Shown: positions 31,601 through 40,947, counted from the first letter of the stretch. The stretch is DNA of 64,000 bases from Obrimoposthia wandeli (GCA_977020255.1 CDROCS010003176.1:124001-188000), one strand, 5' to 3'. A program made the numbers and translations. The notes: generated by a model not told the origin, from the letters alone.

Positions 31601-31806
31601 GTTCTATTATTGAACTTGCACATAACTTAGACATGCTTGTTGTGGCTGAAGGTGTCGAAAATGAAGATCAAATTAAATTTTTGACCAGCATTGGCGTTGA
31701 AGAATTTCAAGGCTACTATTTTGGAAAGCCTATGCCAATAGATGAATTCGAACTAAAATTTATCACTGATACTACAAGTGCTGAAAGTATTCTGGATGAA
31801 AGCTAG
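28645..31806 (+). CDS. Membrane sensor diguanylate cyclase/phosphodiesterase (Cache-PAS-PAS-GGDEF-EAL)
   Basis: Intact LGGDEF, IEALLRW and IDDFGTGYSSL; two TMs flanking a periplasmic domain. Confidence 0.93.
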   Translation: MKKTLLRFIILLLPLLSIMTVATLYIYHEDANQLELRIQEKELTKHQSVLHITRLHFTPIINDLRYLTTKSQELDFTPALTPNQKDRMLETFIRIMKTRKHYDQIRLINANGMEVLRVNKKDDDIVLVPNNELQDKSKRPYIQRGLQVPVGSFYTSQFDLNVENGEIETPIKPMLRFVSHFKSNGESWLITLNYLGDEFLDQIQQEYNWGQGDGNWLVNNDGQWLLGPNKGSAWQFNLSNNTGTKDFFQQYPDIWNEIGKKKHGQIRAGDYLYTYSRFFSSKELTSTKLFVLPFEGADLPWTIISRVNMPNLVTELSFSQQRIIKFATFGILLMALVSGCIVLAWHLYQQLINEKQLKQEIDDNAQRYASVLKNAPDGLITLNNNLEITALNHSAERIFNITDTTETIGKNINDIIHDTKAKNALNTLIYQVQLAMADGNNTPIKASIQLPNHANIKYVALIASETVFSSTSEILLHISDVTDWIERELKLKSLSRAVEQSDDAVLITDNNGIIEYVNRSFETFTGITSEEALGRNSSTLMKGANEKNGEIKHIQQQLKAGRTINRVITRKKPDNTVCYEDETISPIRNDNGKISHYISTGKDITERVLFESKLHKLAHYDLLTELPNRLLLQQYIEQAIINAKENKTSVVVLNIDLDWFKKINDSLGHDVGDKVLITIAKRITRSLRDEDVLARLGGDEFAILIQSDTSFQSIAALADRIINNICASLSIEEKSLSITASMGIAVYPQDSLDSDALLKNSDNALYHAKDQGRNRYCFFTPKMGIESVQRLQLESDLRKSLGTEQYTFFYQPKVNAKTHEVCGIEALLRWKNEAGQIQSPLGIIPILENSGLIINVGETLINQACEQLAIWQSNGLDLHFALNISARQLLHSDIVDTVYKAVTMSGCNPHYLELEITESVVMADVKLAFDKLIKLEALGVKIAIDDFGTGYSSLAYLSRFPIHILKVDREFVQDLPMNKDSVTITRSIIELAHNLDMLVVAEGVENEDQIKFLTSIGVEEFQGYYFGKPMPIDEFELKFITDTTSAESILDES

Positions 31807-31923
31807 GCTTTTATTAACGAGAACCGTCTTAAATGTAAAAAACGTCCATACTTAAGCTATTAAAGCTTCTATTCAGCAAGAGGCTGACTTAATATATCCA
31901 AGATATAATAAAGGGGCAGTATT

Positions 31924-32271
31924 ATGAGCTTTAGTGATTATTTAGATGATTTTATCAAACAACGCGATCAAGGCCCTCAAACACCAGCTCGTCAACAATT
32001 TAGACGTCAACCTGCACCATCAATGCAAGATGCGACAAATCAGAGCAAAGCGCGTGAAGCAATGGCGAGAGAGCAAGAAGAAGCATCAGAACGTGCAACA
32101 GAAGAAACAAAGCAACCTCATACGCGCATTCATGGTCGTTGTATGACAGCCCAAGAAATATATGCACTAGACCAACAAAAAGTGCAGGCGATACCCGTTA
32201 GTCAATCACGTTTAGACTACATTCAGAAATTAAAGAAAGACCTTAAGCTGAAAAAAAACTCAGAAGCTTAA
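31924..32271 (+). CDS. Hypothetical protein
   Basis: 115-aa charged ORF with GGGG RBS. Confidence 0.65.
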   Translation: MSFSDYLDDFIKQRDQGPQTPARQQFRRQPAPSMQDATNQSKAREAMAREQEEASERATEETKQPHTRIHGRCMTAQEIYALDQQKVQAIPVSQSRLDYIQKLKKDLKLKKNSEA

Positions 32272-33033
32272 TTTAATGTCTTTTATAGTGACAAAAACTC
32301 AAAAAAACAAAGCGTATAGGTTTAGCACGTTCAGCTGGTTTAACACCAGCTCTCTATCTCTAGAATAACATCCAATTTCGTTATTTATAATTAACGTTAA
32401 ACTGACAAAATAATTCACAGTATCTTTATTATTGATAACCCTGCCCCCACTTATATAACAAAAATTATCGTACAAACTGCTTTCTAAACTTGGCCTATTA
32501 CCTTCAAACCCCCCAATTAGCACAAAAAACGAACGACTTTCTATCGTTAAATAGTTTATCGATTAAAAGATGAAATTAAATTTAATAAATATTGCTGAAT
32601 CTCCCCCAAAATAAACCATAAATACTCTCTGCACATTTCACTGTTTATTTTTCATACTATATCACTGCAAATTTAACTGATTTCTTACACAACAAAGGAT
32701 ATATAAAGCATATTCCACAACACTCACAAAATGGTATGCACATGATTAATATTACTTTTTAGTATTTAACACTCATAATTCACTTATAAAGCATCGTTTA
32801 TTCAACATATATATCCATATGGAACCAACACATCAGACCAATCTTACTTTCCACATGATTATCACAAAAGAGTCGATTTCAATAAGCCAAAGAAAAGAAG
32901 CCAACAAACAATCAACATTTGAAACATTAAAGCTCGATGATGCCTACACTATTAGAGCGCTTAGCACAATATAGGCACAAGAGGTTTTAGCGGTTAATAT
33001 TGGCCATTAAGAAAAGTATGAAAAGACTAAATC

Positions 33034-34257
33034 ATGAATACTACAATTCAAATAAACGAGCTGGAATCTTTGCTCATTGCGATTATTGTGCTTTTTCTTG
33101 GCTATTTCATTAATACAAAAGTAAAGGTTCTTCGGAAGTATAATATCCCAGAGCCTATTGTAGGTGGCCTAATAGTCGCGATTATAATCGCTTTAATACA
33201 TCAGCAAGGCATCGACATTACTTTCAAACTCAGTATTAAAGACACTTTAATGCAGATGTTTTTTGCTACCGTTGGCCTAGCCGCAAGCTACAAGCTACTG
33301 GCACAAGGTGGTTCACGCGTATTTTTATTTTTAGGGTTAGCAACGGTTTTCATCATCATCCAAAATGCTGTTGGTGTAACACTAAGTACCTTACTTGGCT
33401 TAGACCCTATTATTGGCTTAATAGTGGGCTCAATAACACTGTCTGGCGGACATGGTACAGGTGCTGCTTGGGCACAAAGCTTTGCAGCAGATTACAATCT
33501 ACACGTTCTTGAACTGTCTATGGCCTCTGCAACATTTGGCTTAGTGATGGGCGGAATTATTGGTGGCCCTGTTGCACAGCGCCTGATTAACAAACACAAA
33601 TTGAAGTCATCGTTCGGTGATGGTCAACATCACCATATTGAACATCCAGATCTGATTACTTATAGCGATAAAGAAGAAGATCGTATTACGTCAAAGAACA
33701 CCATTGAAGTACTGTTCATCTTGTTGATCTGTGTTGCAGGTGCTGCACATGTGAAAGAACTTGTTGATAGCTTTGGTATTTCTTGGCTTCGTATCCCTGA
33801 CTTTGTTTATGCATTGTTTATTGGTGTATTTATCACCAATATTTGTGAAACTACAAAAGTTTATAAGATCAACAGTGAAACGGTTGATGCATTGGGTACC
33901 ATTTCATTATCACTCTTTTTGGCAATGGCCTTAATGAGTCTTAAATTGTGGGAATTACTTGAATTGGCTTTACCAATGCTGATGATCCTAACAGTACAAA
34001 CAGTTGTGCTTGCTGCGTTTGCATATTTTGTTACCTTCCGTGTTATGGGTAAAACGTATGATGCTGCGGTTATTGCAGGTGGTCACTGTGGTTTTGGTAT
34101 GGGTGCCACGCCAACGGCAGTGATGAACATGGGGTCTTTAGTGTCACGTAATGGACCATCACCTCAAGCTTTCATGGTTGTTCCTATTGTTGGTGCTTTC
34201 TTTATCGATATTGCAAATTTGATTGTTTTACAAGGCTATTTAAGTTTTATTCAGTAG
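33034..34257 (+). CDS. gltS: Sodium/glutamate symporter
   Basis: NIPEPIVGG, GSITLSGGHGTG and GHCGFGMGATPTA motifs. Confidence 0.93.
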   Translation: MNTTIQINELESLLIAIIVLFLGYFINTKVKVLRKYNIPEPIVGGLIVAIIIALIHQQGIDITFKLSIKDTLMQMFFATVGLAASYKLLAQGGSRVFLFLGLATVFIIIQNAVGVTLSTLLGLDPIIGLIVGSITLSGGHGTGAAWAQSFAADYNLHVLELSMASATFGLVMGGIIGGPVAQRLINKHKLKSSFGDGQHHHIEHPDLITYSDKEEDRITSKNTIEVLFILLICVAGAAHVKELVDSFGISWLRIPDFVYALFIGVFITNICETTKVYKINSETVDALGTISLSLFLAMALMSLKLWELLELALPMLMILTVQTVVLAAFAYFVTFRVMGKTYDAAVIAGGHCGFGMGATPTAVMNMGSLVSRNGPSPQAFMVVPIVGAFFIDIANLIVLQGYLSFIQ

Positions 34258-34309
34258 CACTTTGCATTAATGCTAAATCGCGTGACTGACAAATAGCGGT
34301 ATATCAAAG

Positions 34310-34336
34310 GGGATGACATTGTCATCCCTTTTTTTT
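34310..34336 (+). terminator. Rho-independent terminator after gltS
   Basis: GGGATGACA/TGTCATCCC stem plus T8. Confidence 0.8.
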
Positions 34337-34538
34337 GAGTTGATATTTCGTGATATAGCACTCATCACGGAAGATGTTGGTCAATAACGAACAAACGGTA
34401 CACAATGAAAGCCATAAATTTCATACCTCATTTGTTACGTTTGTTGTAATCTAGTCTTAGTGTAGAAATGAGATACAGCACGCATCCATTGTCATTATTT
34501 GGACACAACTTTTACGCATTCATAGGTAGAGATGAACA

Positions 34539-34811
34539 ATGAAAAAGAATAAAAACAAGAACAACAATGACGCAAAATTACTGAAGAAAGCCATGGAACT
34601 AGGTTTTTTATTCGCTAAAAAGCAAGGATATGGAGACTTAGAGAAAACCGTTTCATCCACAGAACGTGTTGAATGTATTTATCGTTTACTTATCCAAAGT
34701 AAACAAATTACCCCTCTTGCCGTTGATCAAGAAAATGGCGTGAATATGAAGCATAAGTTGGTGCTTTGGATCACTCGTCTTCTCCCACCGGATCACGAAT
34801 TACTACAATAA
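34539..34811 (+). CDS. Small hypothetical protein (DUF5062-like)
   Basis: 90 aa, LLKKAMELG...YRLLIQ...KHKLVLW pattern recognised from memory. Confidence 0.6.
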   Translation: MKKNKNKNNNDAKLLKKAMELGFLFAKKQGYGDLEKTVSSTERVECIYRLLIQSKQITPLAVDQENGVNMKHKLVLWITRLLPPDHELLQ

Positions 34812-34998
34812 TTGCCATAAGACTAACCGGTATTATCAGCTATATCATTTAGCGCACAGAAATCAGCAAGCAGGTTTTTACACTGGTTGCTGATTTTTTG
34901 TATCTAGCTTTTTATAACAACACGTTACCTAATTCTTTGCCTTCGTTGCAATTACAACAAACAAATATTGCCACCTTGTTTACAGCCATGTAACTTGT

Positions 34999-35061
34999 TA
35001 TACACAAGTAACCTCAAGGTGCAGAAAAGTCTCTCTAACACACTGAGATAACTTGGGTATA
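34999..35061. mobile_element. Short (63 bp) ERIC-like MITE derivative directly upstream of the ParA-like gene
   Basis: TATACACAAGTAACCTCAAGGTGCAG...TGAGATAACTTGGGTATA; both ends match the TIRs of the 50292 element. Confidence 0.75.
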
Positions 35062-35092
35062 TCACCAATCAATAATATTAAGGATGGTCATA

Positions 35093-35890
35093 ATGCGTCG
35101 TGTCGTGTTTAATCAAAAAGGTGGGGTCGGAAAATCCAGCATTGCAGCTAATTTAGCAGCCTTAAGCGCGGCTAAAGGGTATAAAACATTATTAATTGAT
35201 CTGGATGTTCAAGGTAACAGTAGCCACTATTTAGGCTACGACGTTAACTCTGAGAGTAAACAAACCATAGCAGATCTATTAAACCAAACTGTTGGCTGGT
35301 TTAGTGTTTCTACCCCTGTGATTGAGTTCCCCCAACCCACGTCGTTTACTAACCTTGATATTATTCCATCTAGCCCACGATTAGACAAAATCGAATCGGA
35401 ATTAGAACGCCGCTATAAGATCTATAAGCTTCGCGATGCGCTAGATGTATTAGACAAGCGGTATGAGCGTATTTATATCGATACCCCACCCAACCTAAAC
35501 TTTTTCAGTAAAGCCGCCTTAATTGCCGCTCAGCGCTTACTTATCCCCTTCGACTGCGATAGCTTTTCACAGCAAGCACTCTTAACGTTACTCAATAATG
35601 TCTCTGAATTGCGAGAAGACCATAATCCAACACTCGAGGTTGAGGGGGTTATCGTCAATATGTTTAATGCTCAGGCTAACTTCCCAAAAAAAATCATTGC
35701 TGACTTGAAAGATCTCGGATTACCGATTCTTGAACCTTATCTGCCTCAGTCGATAAAAATGAAAGAGTCGCATTACTATCAGAAGCCACTGATCCATTTA
35801 TTACCCACACATAAACTCACGAAAAGTTTTGAGCAGTTATTCATGACACTTGAAAAAAGTGCGCCCGTGCTAGCTGAAGTAGAAACATAA
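35093..35890 (+). CDS. Orphan ParA/Soj family ATPase
   Basis: Deviant Walker A QKGGVGKS, IDLDVQGN, IDTPP; no parB; start chosen from the AAGGA RBS. Confidence 0.88.
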   Translation: MRRVVFNQKGGVGKSSIAANLAALSAAKGYKTLLIDLDVQGNSSHYLGYDVNSESKQTIADLLNQTVGWFSVSTPVIEFPQPTSFTNLDIIPSSPRLDKIESELERRYKIYKLRDALDVLDKRYERIYIDTPPNLNFFSKAALIAAQRLLIPFDCDSFSQQALLTLLNNVSELREDHNPTLEVEGVIVNMFNAQANFPKKIIADLKDLGLPILEPYLPQSIKMKESHYYQKPLIHLLPTHKLTKSFEQLFMTLEKSAPVLAEVET

Positions 35891-36022
35891 CATTACCGTC
35901 AAATAATCATTGATGACAACGGGTGGATTACTAGAAAAGGGATTTTGTCGCAAAGTCACCGAAAAGTGAAAGGTAAAATGCATCAGTGCCTAGAGTGGAA
36001 ATCTGATGATGTAGGCGCAATA

Positions 36023-36081
36023 GCTACCGAGTCGACTAACCGTATCAAAAGACCACGTAGCTTTAGTGCTGCAACAAAGCC
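36023..36081 (+). repeat. 59-bp imperfect direct repeat, copy A
   Basis: Ungapped match to 38823-38881, 51/59 identical. Confidence 0.85.
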
Positions 36082-36110
36082 GTAGTTATTTGAAATGGGT
36101 ATAACATTCA

Positions 36111-36713
36111 CTACTCATATAGTGACGGAAACGCTCCCACTACTGGGCTCATTGAATCGTACTTCTTCATGTTATGTTTAACCCGTTTGATGTATTGCTG
36201 GGTTTCTTTGTAAGGAGGAATGCCACGGTATTTTTTTACCGTGCCCTCGCCAGCGTTATAGGCCGCCAGTGCCATATCGATATTGCCCTGATACATTTTG
36301 AGCAACCGAGCCATCATTGCCGTCCCTACTTTGATGTTCTGCTCAGGTAAGAACGGATTGATCTGCCAATGACGGGAATTGCTATCCATCAGCTGCATCA
36401 AGCCTTTTGCCCCTTTGTGGCTCACTGCATTCGGGTTAAAATTTGATTCCGCTTTTATGATCCCTAGGATCAGAGCAGCTGGTACATTATATTGTCTGGT
36501 GTAACGCAAAACTAGATCATAAAATCGTATGTTTTTTTTCGTTTCTACGTCAGTGAACAGACCTATACCCCAACCAGATGGAACCTCTCCGACCAATGAA
36601 TGTGAAGACTGCGGCTGATTGCTGCCAATAAGATTCAACACAATGTCGTTCTCTGGTATCGCATTCGATGCGTTAGAAAATAGTAAGAGGAGTAGGAATG
36701 CGTGCTTCCTCAT
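36111..36713 (-). CDS. Soluble lytic transglycosylase (SLT)
   Basis: Signal peptide; IIKAESNF (catalytic Glu), GAKGLMQL, AAYNAG, ETQQYI. Confidence 0.9.
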   Translation of the reverse strand: MRKHAFLLLLLFSNASNAIPENDIVLNLIGSNQPQSSHSLVGEVPSGWGIGLFTDVETKKNIRFYDLVLRYTRQYNVPAALILGIIKAESNFNPNAVSHKGAKGLMQLMDSNSRHWQINPFLPEQNIKVGTAMMARLLKMYQGNIDMALAAYNAGEGTVKKYRGIPPYKETQQYIKRVKHNMKKYDSMSPVVGAFPSLYE

Positions 36714-36950
36714 TGTTTGTTTACCTGTATGAATCGGAGCTGTTAGTACCACATAAATCGCCGCAGATTTTATAGCATTTGGGTATTATTCTCAATCAAT
36801 TTGGGCATTGAAGTCTGGCCATGCCAACCTGTATAAATAGATTGCCCATGATAACTGAACTCAGTGTTAATGGAATTATTGAGTATTATCTGAGTGTTTC
36901 AACAAAGCCGAGTGGGATGGTTCATTACATTACAACCCAAAATTAGGAGC

Positions 36951-36984
36951 AAGCGAGTACTGCAAATGCGGCACTCGCTTTTTT
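36951..36984 (+). terminator. Plus-strand intrinsic terminator with no annotated plus-strand gene upstream
   Basis: AAGCGAGT/ACTCGCTT stem followed by a T-run on the plus strand. Confidence 0.55.
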
Positions 36985-37045
36985 ATAGTGATTAATGAGG
37001 TCGTTGTGATGATCGCCCTCTTTCTTCTGTTAATTAATAACTATC

Positions 37046-38467
37046 TTATTTTTTTGGTTTCCACGCTTTGAGGTCAATATCTAGATCAGGGAAATCTTTG
37101 GGATCGAACTGTGGGTGTTCGATACCTGCTTTAAGTTGCTTCTTATAGTCTTTCAAAATACGGATGAGCGTAGGAAACAGCATTATAAGTGCTAACAAGT
37201 TAACGATAGCAAGGATGCCCATCATCGGATCTGAGAAGAAAAACACTGACGTTGCTCCCGGAGCAACTGCGCCCAAAAAGATAATCCCGATCACAACAAA
37301 GCGAAGAATGTGTACAGACAGTTTGCTCTTTGACATGAATGTGAGGGCGTTTTCTCCTAGGTAATAGTTGTAGATGATAGAACTAATAGAAAAGAGCAAA
37401 ATCGCCCCAGTCAGAAAGTACTGAGACCAAGCCCCTATATGTGAAACCAGTGACTGCTGAGTCAGAACTACACCGTCAATGCCTTCTGCGCCAGGAACAT
37501 AAACGTCACCCAGTAAGATAACAAATGCCGTACAGCTACAGATTAAGATTGTATCAATAAATACCGATAAAGACTGTGTGATGCCCTGGCTGATTGGGTG
37601 AGCGACATCGGCCGTGGCAGCGACATTGGGCGCCGAACCCAGGCCAGCTTCGTTTGAGAACAGGCCACGGCGCAAGCCTTGTGCCATCGCAGTTCCCATA
37701 CCGCCACCAACAGCTTCCTCCCAACCAAATGCGTTAGATACGATACTACCAATGACCGCTGGGATCTCAGTGATGTTGATTAGGATGACTAGAAGCGCCA
37801 TTGCGACATACCCGATAGCCATAATAGGTACGATAACATCCGCCGTTTTAGCGATACGTTTAATACCACCGTAAATAATAAAACCAGTAATAATAGCTAA
37901 CAGGCCACCAGTCCACATGCGGTCAATACCCAGGCTATCCTGCGCAGCCCCTGCAACTGTATTACCTTGAAAGGCATTAAAACCAATCGCAAAGGAAGCA
38001 ATCAAACAAACAGCATACAGGTAAGCCAACCACCTGTAGTCCTCACCAAGACCATGAATTATTGAACGTGCAGCACCTCCACGAAATGCATCACCTTCTT
38101 TACGCTTATAAAGCTGAGCGAGTGAACATTCCACCAGGCTTGTTGCCATACCAACCAGCGCAATTGCCCACATCCAAAATACAGCACCAGGGCCACCAAG
38201 AGAAATTGCAACAGCAACACCTGCAATGTTACCGCCACCAACACGACCACCAACAGATAATAAAAGCGCTTCACGACCTGAAATTGCGTTCTTGTCGGCT
38301 GTTTGGTTTTTGTTTAATAAGACACTGAACATACGTCCAAAGAAAGTAAATTGAACAAATCCGGTAACGACAGTAAAGAATAGACCCAATACGACCAGGA
38401 ATGGTATAAGTGCCCATCCCCAAGTGAGATCTCCAATTACACCAAAAAGGCCTTCTAACAATTCCAT
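37046..38467 (-). CDS. Alanine/glycine:cation symporter (AgcS/AlsT family)
   Basis: RVGGGNIAGVA, GGPGAVFWMW and RGLFSNEAGLGSAP motifs; AGGAG RBS before MELL. Confidence 0.93.
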   Translation of the reverse strand: MELLEGLFGVIGDLTWGWALIPFLVVLGLFFTVVTGFVQFTFFGRMFSVLLNKNQTADKNAISGREALLLSVGGRVGGGNIAGVAVAISLGGPGAVFWMWAIALVGMATSLVECSLAQLYKRKEGDAFRGGAARSIIHGLGEDYRWLAYLYAVCLIASFAIGFNAFQGNTVAGAAQDSLGIDRMWTGGLLAIITGFIIYGGIKRIAKTADVIVPIMAIGYVAMALLVILINITEIPAVIGSIVSNAFGWEEAVGGGMGTAMAQGLRRGLFSNEAGLGSAPNVAATADVAHPISQGITQSLSVFIDTILICSCTAFVILLGDVYVPGAEGIDGVVLTQQSLVSHIGAWSQYFLTGAILLFSISSIIYNYYLGENALTFMSKSKLSVHILRFVVIGIIFLGAVAPGATSVFFFSDPMMGILAIVNLLALIMLFPTLIRILKDYKKQLKAGIEHPQFDPKDFPDLDIDLKAWKPKK

Positions 38468-38486
38468 CTCGACTCCTAAAAATATC

Positions 38487-38565
38487 ATCCCGGAATAGAG
38501 GAACGAGATATCCGGGATCCAACTTTAACCGTGTACGCCTTAGATACCGTATAAGTTCGTTCCTC
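38487..38565 (-). promoter_or_regulatory. Structured 5' leader with alternative pairings upstream of the symporter
   Basis: 8-bp stem 38487-94/38511-18 whose loop (38498-506) is the exact 9-nt complement of 38557-65. Confidence 0.45.
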
Positions 38566-38822
38566 ACTTTACGGAATGATTAAGGGTTAAGTGTGGTGAC
38601 TGAATTCGTCAAAACTTCTGTTATGTGCAACCAGCCCTAATGATAGTTGAGGGAAGTATAGTCGGTCACAAGATCTTTAGTCGGAAACCTCTGAGACATT
38701 TTGGTTATTTCAATGCCAAAAGCGCTTGTGTACCTAAAGGTATTTTCTGTCCGATTGGAGTAACATCTATACCCAAACCTGAGGGGTCCCCACAAATTAT
38801 TGCAGCATAGTAGATCCGCTAT

Positions 38823-38881
38823 GCTATCGGGTCGCCTAACCATATCAAAAGACCACTTAGCTTTAGTATTGCAACAAAACC
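38823..38881 (+). repeat. 59-bp imperfect direct repeat, copy B
   Basis: Exactly 2800 bp from copy A; 8 mismatches. Confidence 0.85.
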
Positions 38882-39146
38882 ACTAGAAAACGATCAGTCG
38901 TCATCAGTGTCAGCGCACTAGCATTGTAGATTGAACATCAATAAAGTTATCTGCAATCTCTATCATCATGATAAATCTAAACAACTTTCACTCAATTAAT
39001 TCGTCTTTTCACGCTCATACGGCCATCAAACTGGTCACTCTGCGAGCAAATGAATGCAAATTAATAAAAAAGCGATCTCAAACACTTGCGCGAAATTCAT
39101 CGAATCGCTACTATTCTCTCGTTCCCCAAAACGGAACAAACAATTT

Positions 39147-39223
39147 GCTCGCTTAGCTCAGTTGGTTAGAGTACTTGCATGACATGCAAGGTGTCACTGG
39201 TTCGAGTCCAGTAGCGAGCACCA
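39147..39223 (+). tRNA. tRNA-Val(GAC)
   Basis: 77-nt cloverleaf; anticodon stem CTTGC/GCAAG with loop ATGACAT; TTCGAG T-loop; encoded CCA. Confidence 0.95.
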
Positions 39224-39268
39224 AATTTTAGATAGCACGCAATAGCTTGTTATCGCACAGTACAATTT

Positions 39269-39345
39269 GCTCGCTTAGCTCAGTTGGTTAGAGTACTTGC
39301 ATGACATGCAAGGTGTCACTGGTTCGAGTCCAGTAGCGAGCACCA
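39269..39345 (+). tRNA. tRNA-Val(GAC)
   Basis: Identical second copy. Confidence 0.95.
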
Positions 39346-39389
39346 GTTTTAGATAGCACGAAATAGTGTGTTATCACACAGTACAATTT

Positions 39390-39466
39390 GCTCGCTTAGC
39401 TCAGTTGGTTAGAGTACTTGCATGACATGCAAGGTGTCACTGGTTCGAGTCCAGTAGCGAGCACCA
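39390..39466 (+). tRNA. tRNA-Val(GAC)
   Basis: Identical third copy. Confidence 0.95.
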
Positions 39467-39486
39467 AATTCTCTTAGAGATACATC

Positions 39487-39511
39487 AAGCCTGCTTTTAG
39501 CAGGTTTTTTT
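39487..39511 (+). terminator. Terminator of the tRNA operon
   Basis: AAGCCTGCT/AGCAGGTTT plus T-run. Confidence 0.8.
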
Positions 39512-39656
39512 GTATCTGATGTTTATCTGCAATCACGCTTTGTCTGTTCTATCACTCAGCGCGAGCTAACTTGGGTGCTATATTATCTATTGAAAGATCG
39601 CTCCTCCCTAATCATTCGTATAATTGAACGGTGCGAATAAGGATCTGTATACTTGA

Positions 39657-40721
39657 ATGTCTGAATCGATCTTGCAATATCACATGCTTGGGCTGTTCTT
39701 CTCGATAGCGCTGCTTACAGGGTGCGAACGAAACAGTACTGAAATGGCTTTTAAACGCTATAATGACCGATTGGCAAGCGTTCTAGATGTCGACACTAAA
39801 CCTTCCCCTACAACATCCATGATTCCCTTGCCTGACGTTCGTGAGCTCACGCTACCAAACCCAGATGTACGCATAAGTTTACTGAACGCTTATGAGCTTA
39901 GAAAATGTGATTTATTCCACCTAATAGCCGAGCGCAATTCAATATTGGGAAAGGTGCAAGATAAAACCCACCAGCTACAATATGAACTCTTGTTAATTAA
40001 TGGGCTAAATCGCTGTATTGCTATACTCAATAACCAGTCAATACTCGATAACCAGTCAGCACTTCACGCTGAATTAGTCTTATTGGAAGCACAGAAGCAA
40101 CAACAATTACCTCAGCATCTATGGAATATGCTCGTCGCTGGCAAAGAATGGCGACAGCAATTATCTCCCGTTTCAGCAACCTTTGAATTAAATCACTTCC
40201 CTGGCTTTGTCGAAAACCAAGAAGCCTTTCGCAATATTGCAGGCATTACCACCAAGATTCTCACTAAAATATCGACATCAAAGCAATCAATCGATGCTTT
40301 GCTGTATCACCAGGAACAAATCCACCTGTTTCGCTATTACGGACAATTGTTTTACTCAATGACACGTGCCCGTGATTGGTTACTTGCCACAACAGCCTTA
40401 CTTGAATCACAAGAAAACACGATCAGCTGCGGTCCGAACCGTAATCAACAGAAAGCGACCTATTTACGTAATGTCTTCTTCAAATTCTTTGCTGAATCTA
40501 TTCAGCCTTACCTTGCAGAGTTAGATTCACAATACCAACAGCTTCAACCTGATCTTATTACAGCATTTTCAATTATCTCTCCGCCACTCGATGTGTTCAC
40601 GCCCTACCATCGCACCTATATCGAAGGGCAATTACATGCATCATTTCGTGCTGCCACTCTAAAACACGTCAAATTTTGGCAACGTACATTCAAACGTTGT
40701 GGCATAAAACTCGGAAATTAA
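39657..40721 (+). CDS. Lipoprotein, DUF3080-like
   Basis: Lipobox LTGC; IAERNSILGKVQD and FWQRTFKRC pattern recognised from memory. Confidence 0.7.
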   Translation: MSESILQYHMLGLFFSIALLTGCERNSTEMAFKRYNDRLASVLDVDTKPSPTTSMIPLPDVRELTLPNPDVRISLLNAYELRKCDLFHLIAERNSILGKVQDKTHQLQYELLLINGLNRCIAILNNQSILDNQSALHAELVLLEAQKQQQLPQHLWNMLVAGKEWRQQLSPVSATFELNHFPGFVENQEAFRNIAGITTKILTKISTSKQSIDALLYHQEQIHLFRYYGQLFYSMTRARDWLLATTALLESQENTISCGPNRNQQKATYLRNVFFKFFAESIQPYLAELDSQYQQLQPDLITAFSIISPPLDVFTPYHRTYIEGQLHASFRAATLKHVKFWQRTFKRCGIKLGN

Positions 40722-40947
40722 ATGCAGCTTTTTATATTACTCTAATCTAGATCTAGCAATATTTACACTAAAAAAAACTTAAAACTCTTACTTATTAAAT
40801 AGATATGGGGATATGAATAAAATAGTTAATTTTTGTTATTGACTAAACCCCACCGGAAGCATAAATTAATTACAGAAGTTGCCAGATGGAACTTCAAACT
40901 ACTTGTCTCGTTCGCCTCGTTAGAGGGAACAAAGAGAAAGTAAACTA

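Noticed and set aside
32299-32523. 74-aa minus-strand ORF
   Set aside because: No RBS or recognisable motif; cannot be supported without homology data.
35945-35990. GAAA-tetraloop hairpin (TCACC-GAAA-AGTGA) as a c-di-GMP-I riboswitch
   Set aside because: Lacks the GGCAAAC and GACGCAAAG flanks and does not precede a co-oriented gene.
35093-36713. ParA + SLT as an integrated plasmid or ICE
   Set aside because: No parB, rep, relaxase, T4SS ATPase or integrase; orphan ParA-like ATPases of this type are common chromosomal genes.
38468-38640. Glycine riboswitch upstream of the AgcS symporter
   Set aside because: No GGAGA / CCGAAG / CTYTCAGG aptamer motifs; kept only as an unassigned structured leader.
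38625-38843. Short ORFs on both strands near repeat copy B as integrase or transposase remnants
   Set aside because: No catalytic motifs recognised; similarity to copy A outside the 59-bp core is at chance level.
39147-39466. Tandem 77-bp repeats as CRISPR or as att sites of an integrated element
   Set aside because: They are complete tRNAs; the spacers are homologous to each other, and no integrase or displaced tRNA 3' fragment follows.
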